The position numbers and the translations under genes were made by a program. Positions 63,565-64,000 of a DNA stretch of 64,000 nt are shown here, piece by piece; the first letter of the stretch is position 1, and the number at the start of each line of letters is the position of its first letter. This DNA comes from Phoronis australis (Eukaryota; Animalia; Phoronida): positions 544,009 to 608,008 of the forward strand of contig NMRA01000245.1 of NCBI GenBank assembly GCA_002633005.1, given 5' to 3'. Below the pieces are notes generated by a model, which was not told where the DNA came from, did not search any database, and saw only the letters and a list, made by a program, of their open reading frames with translations.

Positions 63565-64000
63565 TTATAATGGATACAAAAGAGTGATCATAGCTAACTC
63601 TTGGTGTTACAAATATTTCTTGAAGGATGCCAGGTGGCAATTCAACTAAAGTATTTATTATTGTTTACGTCACTTAATTGTGATGATTAATTTTTACACG
63701 ATGGTGTATTATAAAGGTATCCAAAGTTCATGTTTAACTTTTGATGAATTGTTTGAAGTTTAGGAAAGGTTGTTGGAGGGAAATGTGTAGCTTGAATATG
63801 TCTGTTAGCTTTTAATAGTTGAACATTTACCCTAGTTATTTTATTTTAGTATTGACTATTCCATGTTATAAACATGTACGTTACGTTGGGTGTATTTTTG
63901 TAGAGTGTCATCTCAGTCATCATTAATTTTCTGTGACTGTCTAAGTACTATGTCACGAATGAACTCATTTCACCAACTGAAAGTTGTCTCAAATAAAAAG

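Overview
AT-rich, intron-containing eukaryotic DNA, most likely a marine invertebrate (inferred, not identified). Four protein-coding genes could be reconstructed by hand. (1) An intronless-CDS aminergic class A GPCR of alpha2-adrenergic/tyramine-1 type (5552-7243, +), followed by a decayed partial tandem copy. (2) The 5' half of INPP5F/SAC2 phosphoinositide phosphatase (nine coding exons, 39946 down to 17406, -). Its remaining exons appear to lie left of the window, which would place the GPCR antisense inside a >17 kb intron. (3) DNAJC28 (six coding exons, -). (4) PYM1/wibg (three coding exons, +), head-to-head with DNAJC28. The most striking structure is a 532-bp cassette holding the shared bidirectional promoter plus the first coding exon of both DNAJC28 and PYM1. 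It occurs twice as a ~99% identical direct repeat (51045-51576 and 54292-54823) around a 2.7-kb transposon-like insert that has its own splice signals and an NLS-led (MPPKKKRK) ORF remnant. A haplotype/assembly artefact must be excluded. The introns carry many MITEs, tRNA-derived elements, Helentron-like non-autonomous elements, a 620-bp foldback palindrome and minisatellites.
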